64,000 bases of DNA from Octopus sinensis (lineage: Eukaryota): assembly GCF_006345805.1 (NCBI RefSeq), contig NC_042998.1, forward strand, positions 54,498,001 through 54,562,000, given 5' to 3'. Below the pieces are notes generated by a model. The model worked only from the letters and a program-made list of their open reading frames with translations, made no database searches and had not been told where the DNA came from. Positions 24,323-36,362 of the stretch are shown one piece after another. Position 1 is the first letter of the stretch. Every line of letters starts with the position of its first letter. The translations under genes and the position numbers were made by a program.

Positions 24323-25968
24323 TATTTAAACAAATATACAGCATTTGTTATATATTCATTAGGAGTTCAATACACAACAAATTCATTCTGTCCTTCTACA
24401 ACTCACATTCTAACATCTTAAGAGAAAGGATGAGGAATTTTTGGGAGCTATTTCTAGTAAGTTGAGCAATAACATAGCAGCTCCTTTGTTGGCTTGTGGT
24501 ACTTGAAATTTAAATAAGCAGCAATAAGAACCCGAGACCGAACTAATCAGTTAAGTCCTCTCTTTACAAAGCATACATTATACGTTATTATGTAATTATT
24601 AATACTGATGGTGAAGAAGAACAAAACAACAAAAACAACAGCAACAAGAAAAACACATACAAATGAAACACACAAAGTTAAAAATAATAGATAATATTTA
24701 GTGATATGAGACGTGTGTATGATGATAGTAATAATATACAGTTGCGTCTTGATCAGTCATATTTCCAAAAGATAAAACAAAATTGAATTACCAAAATTAA
24801 GCCGCGAGTCTGGAAACCAAACAAGTTTCATAAATAATACAGTATTTTCTTTTTTATTTTTTTGTAATGAAATGAGAAGATTACTTAGTAAATATACAAA
24901 AGAAGAAAAAAAATCACAAATAAATATGGAGGTTTTAAGACATAGCGACTACTTCTGCTTATTTCAAAGATGAAAATACACAAGTAACAATAAATATTTT
25001 CAGAATTCTAATCCCCAGGCAATCGAGGATCCTGATCAGCAATGTGAAACTAATAGTAGTATTGCAATTTTTCAGTTTTGCAGTACTATATATGAGGACA
25101 AGTAGTCTAGTGGTTAGAGTATTGTAGTCATGATCATGAGACTGTGGTTTCAGTTCCTGGATCGGGTGGTGCATTGCGTTCTCTCATACCACCTAACTTA
25201 ATAATTTTAGATATGCCACATGAAATGATTTCATACATCGGATCTTCTGGATTTTCAGTTGCATGGACACTCTACATTACACTTCTTTGTAACTGATTAC
25301 TTTGTAGACTTATAGCCAAGTCTGTTAGAGGAGCTTTCTATGATAGCCACATACATATATATATATATATGACCTGCCTTTACCTTCCCGTGTCCTCTTT
25401 ATATAGCAATTAACAATGGAATACTGGTCAAGATTAGCATTCCTTTTTAAAACTCTTAGATTCTTACAAATTCTGACCCAGTCAGTTTGTCTCCACTGAA
25501 ATAAACTATTCTGCGTAGTTGGATATTTACAACCCCATCTCCTCTCCGTTACCCCATTATACCCTATGTGAGTGATTGTCTCTATGCTCCACTAAATTTC
25601 CTTCAACTAATTCTAACATAGCAGTTTTGAGAAATGATCAGAAATGCAACCAGCATACCATTATACATCAGGAAACCCACTTTATTATGAACTAATTATG
25701 GATAAATACATCATCTGTGAGTATGAAATCTCTCCTCATATCGCCAGAATTCAAATCTACTTCATTATTATGGATGGATTTACATTTTCAATTTCTGTGA
25801 AACTAAGATGTTGTTTAAAATACTTTTTTAAAGCCTGTTATTTGACTGTGCAACATTAAAGAACTTTGGAAGTCCATTTATTATCTAAATCTGATTTTTA
25901 TAGAACTATCCCTGATGTTTCAGGAGTGTAGCCTCACCCCCTTAGATGTTTTGAGAACTCAGATGCTT

Positions 25969-26058
25969 TTTCGGCTGATGAGTACGGGTCACGTGTATTT
26001 GCTGCAACATTTGCGGCCTTAATAAAGGTGGTCTTCATACGAAACAATTGTACCGAAA
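25969..26058 (+). ncRNA. Type I hammerhead ribozyme
   Basis: Stem I TTTCGG/CCGAAA, core CTGATGA (25975-25981), stem II GTA...TAC, GAAA (26041-26044), stem III ACAATTGT, GUA cleavage triplet (cut after 26052). Confidence 0.8.
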
Positions 26059-26104
26059 TATTGATCCATTTTTGTTGCTTTTTTCTTGTATATATACATA
26101 CATA

Positions 26105-26162
<58 letters not shown>

Positions 26163-26550
26163 AAATAAATATAAGAGAGTGGTCACTATATGGCTCACTC
26201 TAGCACCAGTTAATCCAAAAGGTTTCAAGTGACCACTCTCTTATATTTATTTTGTAAAAATATTATAATATATTATAAAATATTATAATAATCCAGGTTT
26301 CTCGGAGCACTAGGCCACTTGGTGTTGAATAGATATACTATTAAATTAGTATCTAATTCTCTCACCCTTATTAATTAATTATAATTATGCTGCATTTATT
26401 TCTAAATGCTGTATTTGTTTTCTGTGAAAGTTTGGCGCGCTGTTAGTTGGGGCATTTGAATTATAACGTCGGATGTAATCAATTGAACCACACGCGTATT
26501 TATCGTTATGGTAAAATCTGGCGTGTGATTGAGTGGATTTCATCCAGATA

Positions 26551-26634
26551 GTTTTGGCTGACGAGCTACAAGTGGATTTTTTTGTAAGTAAAATTACATT
26601 TAATTCATTAATAGCGAAACAATTGTCCCAAAAT
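26551..26634 (+). ncRNA. Type I hammerhead ribozyme (tandem unit 1)
   Basis: GTTTTGG-CTGACGA-GCTA...TAGC-GAAA-CAATTG-TC-CCAAAAT; GUC cut after 26627; stem I extends through CAGAT/ATCTG. Confidence 0.88.
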
Positions 26635-27086
26635 AATCTGTATTTTTGTTATTTTTTATTTGCCCTGTCCGTGTGAGCTAACAATCGTACTGGCTTTCAT
26701 GGGAAACATGTATTTTTTGTGGTTGAAACCTTTTGGATTAACTGGTGCTAGAGTGAGCCATATAGTGACTACTCTCTTATATTTATTTTGTAAAAATATT
26801 ATAATATATTATAAAATATTATAATAATCCAGGTTTCTCGGAGCACTAGGCCACTTGGTGTTGAATAGATATACTATTAAATTAGTATCTAATTCTCTCA
26901 CCCTTATTAATTAATTATAATTATGCTGCATTTATTTCTAAATGCTGTATTTGTTTTCCGTGAAAGTTTGGCGCGCTGTTAGTTGGGGCATTTGAATTAT
27001 AACGTCGGATGTAATCAATTGAACCACACACGTATTTATCGTTATGGTAAAATCTGGCGTGTGATTGAGTGGATTTCATCCAGATA

Positions 27087-27170
27087 GTTTTGGCTGAGGA
27101 GCTACAAGTGGATTTTTTTGTAAGTAAAATTACATTTAATTCATTAATAGCGAAACAATTGTCCCAAAAT
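27087..27170 (+). ncRNA. Type I hammerhead ribozyme (tandem unit 2)
   Basis: Same fold with core CTGAGGA (27094-27100; the change is at the free N7 position); cut after 27163. Confidence 0.88.
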
Positions 27171-27296
27171 AATCTGTATTTTTGTTATTTTTTATTTGCC
27201 CTGTCTGTGTGAGCTAACAATCGTACTGGCTTTCATGGGAAACATGTATTTTTGTGGTTGAAACCTTTTGGATTAACTGGTGCTAGAGTGAGCCAT

Positions 27297-27645
27297 TCCT
27301 AACTACTCCCACATTTTGCGGTGCAGTTTAACCAAAATCGGGTATCTTATAGTCGTGATTCATTTCGAGCCCTTCTGGGTATTAGCGCACGTCTACGATG
27401 AGTCTACGATTTTAAAAATAATTTACTATCATTTTTTTTCCATTTTAATGCATTTTTTCGCTATTATATAAGGGGAAGTAACTCTCTAAAAATGTCTACG
27501 ATGAGTCAACGATTAAAAAAAAATTTACCACCATTTTTTTCCATTTTTAATGCATTTTTTTGCTATTTTTTGGCTATAACTCTCTAAAAATGCTTATATA
27601 GTTATTTCCCTTACAAACCCGAGCAACGCCGGACGATACTGCTAG
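27297..27645 (+). mobile_element. Non-autonomous Helitron-like element
   Basis: Starts TC, has internal ~110-bp repeats (GTCTACGATGAGTC...), a subterminal GC-rich CCCGAGCAACGCCGG hairpin-like motif and ends CTAG|T at 27642-27645. Confidence 0.6.
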
Positions 27646-27707
27646 TATATATATATATACATATATAAATATATGAAAGAATGGAGTTGAACGACGAATT
27701 AACAAAA

Positions 27708-27806
27708 TTCCTTTATTTTCGACATATGTTTCGGAGGCTGCATATTCCTAATTGCGAAGGAATAAGGAGTATATTATGCCGCTTTCTCATCAGGAAAAGC
27801 AAGGAA
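27708..27806 (-). ncRNA. Type I hammerhead ribozyme (left arm, mirror copy)
   Basis: Identical to the right-arm HHR, on the minus strand (core at 27793-27787). Confidence 0.75.
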
Positions 27807-27907
27807 CTTATGTCAACATCAAGATGCACAAAAAACTTTTAGATGACTATAGGCTCCATGTGAGCAGTCATCTAAAAGTTTTTTGTGCATCTTGATGTTG
27901 ACATAAG

Positions 27908-28006
27908 TTCCTTGCTTTTCCTGATGAGAAAGCGGCATAATATACTCCTTATTCCTTCGCAATTAGGAATATGCAGCCTCCGAAACATATGTCGAAAATA
28001 AAGGAA
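27908..28006 (+). ncRNA. Type I hammerhead ribozyme (right arm)
   Basis: TTCCTT gc TTTTC-CTGATGA-G..GCGGCATA...TATGCAGC..C-GAAA-CATATG-TC-GAAAA ta AAGGAA; cut after 27993; stem II base is imperfect. Confidence 0.75.
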
Positions 28007-28207
28007 TTTTGTTAATTCGTCGTTCAACTCCATTCTTTCATATATTTATAATTTTTAAAAAAACATACAAATTTCCACACGAAAGCATGTAACTTCTCTG
28101 ATGTGAATTTGCTACCCAGGTATTGGTTAACTGAATTATCCATAACAAGATAATTCATTCAACTACTCAAATATATATACATATATATATACATATATAT
28201 ACATATA

Positions 28208-29420
28208 CAGCGGGGGGAAATAAATATTCGTACATGTCAAAATTCTTTATTTATTTAATTTCTAATGAACATAAATGGGATATACCAATACTATATTTGC
28301 ATACACATGCATAAACTAAGAATATGCAAAAGAAATTAATAAATTATAGTAACTAAGGAATTTATATTCAATTATAAATATTTAGGGGTGAAAAAAGTAT
28401 TCGTACAGAACATAAATAACTGATAATTCTGATTTAATACTTAGTAGCATAACCATTATTCAGTTCCACTTCAACCAATCTCTTCTTGTAGTTCTTAATG
28501 AATGACTTGCATGTTTCTTTAGGAATTTTTTCCCATTCTTCTTGACAAATTTTCTTCAAATCTGCAATGCACGTTGGGGCTCTTGAATGAATTTTAATTT
28601 TCAAATAATGCCACAAATTGTCAATGGGGTTCAAGTCAGGTGACTGGCTTGGCCATTCTAATAATTTTATATTGTGATCGACAATCCATTTTTTGCTAGA
28701 GTTCGCCATGTGCTTAGGATCGTTATCCTGTTGTAAAACCCACCCTTCACAAAGCTGGAGCTTTTCGACAGAGTCCCATAAATCTTTGTTCAAAATATTT
28801 TGGTACATCCCTGCATTCATTCTACCATCTATCACATGTAAATTGCCTGTACCATTTGCAGAGAAACACCTACACACCATGATGTTGCCACAGTTCATTC
28901 CTATGAAGTTCACTGCTGATTGTTTGTAGTGTAACACTACTCCCTGAAGCTAACAAATTTTCTTGCACCTCCTTTCTGGTGATCATTGCATTTTTTCTGA
29001 TTCTTCGCTTCATTTTTCTTAAAGATCTAGGGGAAATCTTGCGTGGTGCACTGGATCTTATTCTGTTTTCAACAGTTCCTGATTTTTTTATATCTCTGAA
29101 TAAATGAAGATATGGTAGAAAATGGAATACAAAGGGTCTCTGATATTTTCCTGTAACTTTTACCTGCTTTCCACTGTTCAGTAATTAAGTTTTTCACTGA
29201 ATTTGTGAGTTCTTTACGTTTCGCCATTATTATGAAACTACTTTATGTTGTCTCAATGCTGAATGAAGAAGCTAGTGTTTTGACACTTAAAAATGACAAT
29301 TGATAAGATTATTGGAACAAACGAGAAAGTTCTAGTAAAAAAAAAATTATTTGAACAGTATTTTGTGGCATAGAAAATCATAAATTTATTCTGTACGAAT
29401 ACATTTTTCGTGCCTCCAAC
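28208..29420 (-). mobile_element. Tc1-family transposon relic with internally deleted transposase
   Basis: TA|CAGCGGGGGGAAATAAATATTCGTACA end with an inner direct repeat at about 28391 and its mirror at about 29390. Minus strand has ATG at 29227, MAKRKELTNSVKNLITEQWKAGKSYRKISETL...SGTVENRIRSSAPRKISPR, then a deletion/frameshift into NIMVCRCFSANGTGNL...LQQDNDPKH...WPSQSPDLNPIDNLW...GYATKY* (28434). Confidence 0.92.
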
Positions 29421-30051
29421 AAAGCCTTTCATAATTCCTTAGTGCCAGGAGCCTTTTAGCACACACACACCCTTCGTACATTGTGTCCCATTTCAATTTA
29501 GATTGTTGTGTAAATAGAAGAGGTCTGCAGCAAACAGCAGCAGCAGAAAATGAGCAATGATCAGATATATTCCACATATTAGTAAATGTATATGGCAACT
29601 TGCATAAACACTAACATTAGAAGCCAAAGCAGTAATTTAGGCTGGCTGGGAAATTTAAATTTAAATTTGCTTCCAGCAATTCCTAAATTAAATATGTAAT
29701 GTTGAATCTATCTTCCTTGTGGCATAAAATTTAACCATAGAAATTCCAAAGAAAAGAGAAAAATGCAAAGTAGAAAGTTTCAGCACTTCAGACTTTTATC
29801 ATGCTTTGGGGTGGGAGGGGGGGGGGGGAGTAGAGATGTCTTTCAGAAATATCTGAGCAAGGTGTTTACAAGGTATCTATATTAAGTATCTATAAAACTG
29901 GAATTTTTTCACGCCTCATAGCAAATCAAATCTCTGTCAGTTGGGTGGTCACAATTGAAATGCCTCTGATCATTGGTTCACTCAAACAGGACTGGCTTGG
30001 GGCTAAAGAATAACAAAGCATTATAGAGATATTCTCTTCTACTCCTCTCAC

Positions 30052-30076
30052 CTATTGGCAGCACTGGTGACATTTC
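30052..30076 (-). CDS. Candidate 25-nt microexon (phase 0-1): EMSPVLPI(G)
   Basis: Acceptor gtgtttatag|, donor AG|gtgaga; bridges the 30685-30743 and 18314-18413 exons in frame. Confidence 0.5.
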
Positions 30077-30684
30077 CTATAAACACACCTATGTTGCTAC
30101 TGCATCATCATCACCATCACCACCACCACCATCATCATAATCACTATCAACATCAACATTCTCCTCCTCCGTCATCATCATAATCACCATCATCATTTAA
30201 CATCTATGTTCCATGCTCGCATGGTTTGGATGCTTTGACAGCAGGATCTGATGTGTCCAAGGACTGCATTTAGCTCCAGTGTCTGCTTTGGCATGGTTTT
30301 TATGGCTGGATGTCCTTCCCAACACCAACCACTTTACAGCATGGACAGAATGCTTTTTTTTTTGAGCAACCTACACTACTGAGGTCACCATACAGTTTGC
30401 AAGACTATGAACCCTAGAAGAGATGTTGGTGTCAGCTTCATACTAGTGGACAAGGTGGAGGCAGCAGGTTCCTGCAGGGGGAACTACAGAGCTACTCACA
30501 TCCATAAGGAGAAAAAGTTGATGAAGAGGAGAAAGAGAAAATGATCAGTAGGAGTAAGACATAGAAATAACAATTAGGTGCCCAGGTGGTCTCACGGGGC
30601 ATAGCGTGAGTGGAAATGGAGTGAAATAATGAAACTGAAATTTCCTTTATTTTTTCATTGAGAGCTTCAGTCAGTTTATTCAAC

Positions 30685-30743
30685 CATGATATTTAGTCTA
30701 GAACTCATTTTATTAACTTCATCTTTAAAACATTGAAGTTGAG
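30685..30743 (-). CDS. Candidate coding exon (phase 1-0): (A)QLQCFKDEVNKMSSRLNIM
   Basis: Pyrimidine-rich acceptor catacccactatccag|, weak donor |gttgaa; continues the coiled-coil-like frame of the 36802-36878 exon. Confidence 0.5.
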
Positions 30744-30829
30744 CTGGATAGTGGGTATGAAGAGATGTAACTAGGGTAGAAAGAAATACCACAAGTTATT
30801 TCTCTTTACCACACCAATTCTTCTATCAT

Positions 30830-31220
30830 ACATCGATGCACATATGCAGTTAAGCTGTCTATTGCAACTGTTGAATCAGTGCCATTATTTGGCAGTGAAA
30901 TATGGATAGCAACAAAGAAATTATCAAACTGGCTACACTGCTGCTACAAATGGCCCTAAATGGGGCAGTAACACATGACAAACAAATACCTTTATGAAGG
31001 CTTTTGGGAAGAAGATCAGGTCAAGACGGCTACAACTATCTGGTCACTGCATGCGCCACCTTCAGTTGGAAGCATCGAAATTAGTCCTGTGGAACTCATT
31101 TCATGATGATGCAAGCAGAAGAAAACGTCACACTTACATCATCAACTTAATCGCAGACACTGGCCTGGAATGTATTCAGGACCTCAAGGCAGTGATGTTG
31201 GACCAAGAAGTGTGGTGAGT
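30830..31220 (+). mobile_element. RTE-clade LINE 3' fragment
   Basis: ATVESVPLFGSEIW...IRSRRLQLSGHCMRH...ASKLVLW...DTGLE..QDLKAVMLDQEVW. Confidence 0.75.
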
Positions 31221-31791
31221 GGACTTTGTTGCAGCAGTCTGGGTTGGAACCCAGCCATGAAAAAAGAAAGAACCAAATTTCAATCTCAAGGCTTTGGTCA
31301 AATCATGGCATTGCTAGAAGACACATGCCTAAAGCAGCAAAGAGTAGGATCAAACCTAAAAACAAGCACTCATGAAATAAATTGCTTAATGAGTAACAGT
31401 TTCTGATGCAAGTACTTTACAGTGCATAATTCTACTTTCAAGAAATTTTTATGAATCCTGATACTTCCACAAAGAAACTACATTTAATGATTATTTTCAT
31501 AAAAAGCTTGAGAATTTAAATGTTATTGATGAAGTCGTGAACAAGTTATGCATGTGATTATGAAACAAAATCTATACATACACACATACACACACACATA
31601 TTTAAAAGTAATATAAAGTGAACAAACCATCCATTGATAAACGGCCTCTATGAAGGTGGTTGAAATAATTCAGAGACCCCCAAGATTCTTCCAGATTGCT
31701 TTCTGACAGATGACGCCATTTGGCTCTTCGCTTTTGTATCTTCTGCATAGGAGTGTACATTCCAAATTCCTGTTCTGAATAAAAGTAAGAG

Positions 31792-31823
<32 letters not shown>

Positions 31824-33789
31824 CGAGAGAGGGAGAGCGGGGGGAAGAGAATAAATAAATAAATATATATATATATATATAAATACATACAAATATATAT
31901 ATGTAGAGGGAGAGAGAGGAATATATATATACATATATATATGTATATATACATACACACATACATATATACATGTATATATATATATGATATGTATGCA
32001 TGTGTGTGTCTGTGTACATATGAATGCATCATATACATACAAAGACACACACAAACACACCTACATATATATATTATTAGCTTTTGTCAAATTTTAAGTG
32101 CTTTCACACAAAACTGCAGGTCCGTAGGTAACTCCTGTAGTATCCTCAGTTAATAAATGACTATGCGTACACGTATGCACACACACACATGCACTCTTAT
32201 ATTTGCTGAGAATAAAATATTATACACTCAAACACAAACGCGCATGCATGCACACATGCACAAATGCTCACACAGAGAATTTTTGGAAATGCAAACATAG
32301 GGAAAAGCAGACTTTTATTCAAAGAGTTTTAAATTACACTCAAGAAAACAGAATTTTATGACTCCCATATCATACATCGTCGGATTGATTCAATAGATTC
32401 ACTTCATATGTGTATATATTTCAGATTAGAACCATAAATGTATGATACTTCTCAATATTTTGATCATTTTCATTTTAATGCTATAATAAAATGAGTAAAA
32501 TACATATCTATGTTGTAGATGTGATTGCAGTACATACAATGGAAAATGAAATGAGATTTGCTTAAATATGCATAAATGAGTTCTTGGCTAAATTAGAATT
32601 AAACTGCACCTGTATTTTGAAGTGATGATGGTTATGCAAGTAAATTATCCAAATAGATTGAAATGATTTCAGAAATTTGGAATAAAAAAAATTATTCTCA
32701 ACTATTTTCAATTACTATTCAATATGAGAAAAGTTTCATGAAAGAGAGAGAGAAAAAAGCGGTGAAATTGAAATTTTACATCTTGAAAAAGTTTCTGTAA
32801 TATAACGTTACTGTATGAAAATGATTGCGGCTGATGTTAAGACCAGCGATGAAAAGCAGAGAGGGAGAGAGAGAGAAACAGTGAGAGATTATATATGTAT
32901 ATTTGTGTGTATTTGTGTGTGTGGTGTGTGTGTGCATGTGTGCACGTTTGTGCATGTGTGTGTGTGTGTGTAGGTATATATGTATAAGTATGTATATGTG
33001 TGTGTATATATAAATGTATGTGTATATGTGTGTATATATAAATATATGCATGTGTGTATATATAAATGTTATCCTTTAGATCATGGGTCCATTCCATCTG
33101 AGTCACTTCCAACTGCGAGTGAATATCCAGTCAAGTCACAAGAGTTAGTTTGCCAAGATCTTAGCATCTGGTTTCCAAACACCACCCCAATTCTAGAAAG
33201 TTTTGTGTAGATGAGAGAGATTCTAGAAGAAATATTGAAGAATGTGTTATGGGAGTGGTAATGGTGAAGGTGGAGATGGTGGTAGTGGTGGTGATATTGG
33301 TGGCAGGGGTGGTAAATGGAAGGAAGAGGATCCATAAATATCTATCTCTTGTAAATACAATTAAATGTGCATATAGCCAAGTGACAAGTAGACAAACTAG
33401 TTTGTTGCTAGTTACAATACAAAACAATCTAGGCAAAATGATAAAATTGAATTTAGAAAGATAGACAATGAGCAACACATTTTATTTATCACACACACAA
33501 CACAACACAACACACATAAACAAACAAACAAACTATGCTAAACTCAGTTTAGAAATATATCATTTTCCAATTAACTAGCAATTGTTTTAAAATTCAATTT
33601 CTGTGTTTTATTAAATTAAATCTATTAACATATTAACAATCAATATTTTGAAGTTAGATACAAGCATTTCCTTATAAAGAGAAGACTTGATAAACACATC
33701 ATGCTTTCCATTTCGGTAAAACATGAATAAAACGTCAAGTAAATGAGTTTCTGTTGATTCCAACAATGGGTACTTTGGTGTTTGGTTAA

Positions 33790-34383
33790 CCATTTAACAT
33801 ATAAACCAGCCATATCCAATCCGAATATTCTGTGTTATGTTGAAGATGGCTAGATCCAACATTTCAAACCTACCCTACAATCACATCATGAAAATCTTGA
33901 AACTATGAAGTGACTAAATAAGTATTGCATTTGACAAAGTAATCTGAATGCTACAGGATTAAAACAGGCATATCCAGCCCAAATATTCCACTTTTTAATG
34001 TTAAAACTACCCAGGTCTGGTCTAAATACCCTAATACCCATATTCAACCTTTTGCACCTACCCTACAATGTCATTCTAAAAATAAGCAATCACATGATTG
34101 AGACCTCAAAGCTATGGACAATACATGATTAATTCAAAACAATGTCGATAAATAAGCATTACATTTTTATCTCTTTACTACCCACAAGGGGCTAAACACA
34201 GAGGGGACAAACAAGGACAGACAAACAGATTAAGTCGATTATATTGACCCCAGTGCGTAACTGGTACTTATTTAATCGACCCCGAAAGGATGAAAGGCAA
34301 AGTCATCCTTGGCGGAATTTGAACTCAGAACGTAGCGTTCAAATAAGCATTACATTTGACAGAGTAATCTGAATGTTAAAGGG
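33790..34383. mobile_element. Two adjacent copies of TTAA MITE family P2 (CCCTTTAGCATT-type TIR); the second is interrupted by a SINE
   Basis: Copy 1 at 33790-33958 between TTAA sites; copy 2 at 33963-34383. Other copies at about 4735-5120, 9655-9830, 43643-43850, 52099-52679 and 56316-56749. Confidence 0.75.
34167..34340 (-). mobile_element. 5'-truncated tRNA-derived SINE (family C) with a 17-bp target-site duplication
   Basis: AAATAAGCATTACATTT at 34150-34166 and 34341-34357; B-box-like GAGTTCAAATTCC on the minus strand. Family C also occurs at about 22760-22970, 34720-34940, 38630-38800, 48430-48650, 50480-50900 and 59880-60090. Confidence 0.85.
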
Positions 34384-36362
34384 CTAATTGAAGAATTACC
34401 TACCTATCAAATTAATAAGTGGCTGAGTATTCCGTAGACATTGTAAATATCAGACAGTCAGCACAGCATAACAACTGGACCTTGGAATTACAATTACAAA
34501 TTGGCACTATGAAAGAAGCACTTATGCTGGCACCATGTAAAAAGAACTTGTGCCAGTGCTAGATAAAAAGCGCTCGTACTGGTGCCACATAGAATCACCC
34601 ATGCTGGTGTCATGTAAAAAGCACTCAGCTCACTCTGTAAAGTGGTTGGCATTAGGAAGGGCATCCAGCCATAGCAACCACAATGGAGCCTGAGCATTAT
34701 AATAATAATGATGATGATAATAATGGTTTCAAATTTTGCCACAAGGGCAGCAATTTTGGGGGAGGTGATGAGTCGATTACATCGATCCCAGTGTTCAACT
34801 GGCACTTATTTTATCAACCCTGAAAGGGATGAAAGGCGAAGTCGACCTCAGCGGAATTTGAACTCAGAATGGAGTGACGGGTGAAATACTGCTAAGCATT
34901 TTGTCCAGCGTGCTAACAATTCTGCCAGCTCCCCTTATTATAATAATGATGATGATGATGATGTTGATGATGATGCTGAATCCATCCAATGTGTTCACAA
35001 ACAGGATTTTGTCAACCCAATTTTCCTCACAAGGCTTGGATCAATTGAAGATTAGAGTAAATGACACGTGCTCAAGATGCCTAGCAGAGGGATCAAACCC
35101 AGGACCTCGCAAGAGTGAAGCAAACTTCTTAAGCTTTCACCAGTGATACATCCATAAAACAGGTGTACAGCACTTAGTTAAACGCTTCAACTAAATAAAT
35201 TGGAAATGCAGCTACTTTGATATATTTTTACTTCGTTCTCCATATATAAATTAGCAATTTAAATCTCACACTACTTTTTTTCTAGTTTTCTAATTTTCTT
35301 TCATTTTCATTTATATATATATATTTTTTTTTTAATGTATCAATTTTACTTGCAGCCATTCAGCATTTTTATAAAGGATTAAACATCATACGTGATATTT
35401 TGATAATTGAGCAAGTTTGGGATGAAATTATTTGAGGAATTTTTTTTTTTTTTGTCTTTGGTAACATAACTGAACATTTCTAAAATGTCTGGAATTACTA
35501 GTATTCAAATAATCACAATCTCTTTTCATAGTTTGCAATTTAGTTCTTAGATGCAGAATATTATATAAGAAAAAACAAACAAAATATGTTTTACTATTAA
35601 AAAGCTATGAGAGGTGTTTTAGTTCTAGATAATTAATTATGCTAAGCTAGTAAAAATTCTTTATTCAAAATTACTTTTGATAACAAAATTGAGATAGCTT
35701 ATTTGTTTATAAAGTTGTATAATGAAATAAAATGGTAACGACTGACATTTGAATAATTGCTTTCCATTACAACTGTTGTTGCTTTAGAAGTCATTATTCA
35801 TATATATTTATTTATGACAGCAATAAAATTCTTTATCAAATTCTTAAATTTTAAAATTTACATTGATTGAGGCTATCAATATTGTAAATTAGTTCTCAAT
35901 ATTGTTTTTCCCGATATTCTCTTCAATCTTTTTGTCATGCCTACTGAGATATATGCAAGCTATTTTAACCCTCTGTCTAAGGGGCCTGAGCACTTTCACA
36001 CAACAGACTTTTAGTTTCCGTCTACCAAATTCACTCAGGAAGTTTTGGTTGGTATGAGGCTGTAGCAGAAGACACTTAACATAGTTCTCAAGGATATTCA
36101 GCATGACATGGAATGTGACAAGGCTGACCTTTTGAAATACAGGTACTACTCATGTTTGCCAGCTGAGTAAGCTGGAGCAATGTGAAATAAAGTGTCATGT
36201 TCCAGGGCACAACATGCCACTGAGAAATGAACTCACGACCTTACAGTCATGAGCCAAATAATCTGAATACCTTAACCACTAAGCCATGTGGCTTCATATG
36301 CTTTTAAAAGCAGAGTGCAGAGAAGCAGAGCGGAAGAACACCTCAGCAGTGAACCAAACCAC

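Larger units (their letters stand above)
26161..27296 (+). mobile_element. Head-to-tail tandem of a 536-bp HHR-bearing unit with an inverted 68-bp junction copy at its 5' side (Penelope-pLTR-like or retrozyme-like)
   Basis: Units start at 26229 and 26765 and are almost identical; 26161-26228 is the reverse complement of the unit1/unit2 junction (about 26723-26790); each unit has one HHR. Confidence 0.85.
27664..28050. repeat. Perfect 185-bp-arm palindrome (17-nt spacer) carrying an HHR on each strand
   Basis: 27664-27848 is the exact reverse complement of 27866-28050 as read by eye; spacer ATAGGCTCCATGTGAGC. Confidence 0.95.

Noticed and set aside
25644-25859. 71-aa ORF upstream of the 25975 HHR as a Penelope GIY-YIG or RT remnant
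   Set aside because: I could not find GIY-YIG or RT motifs in any frame.
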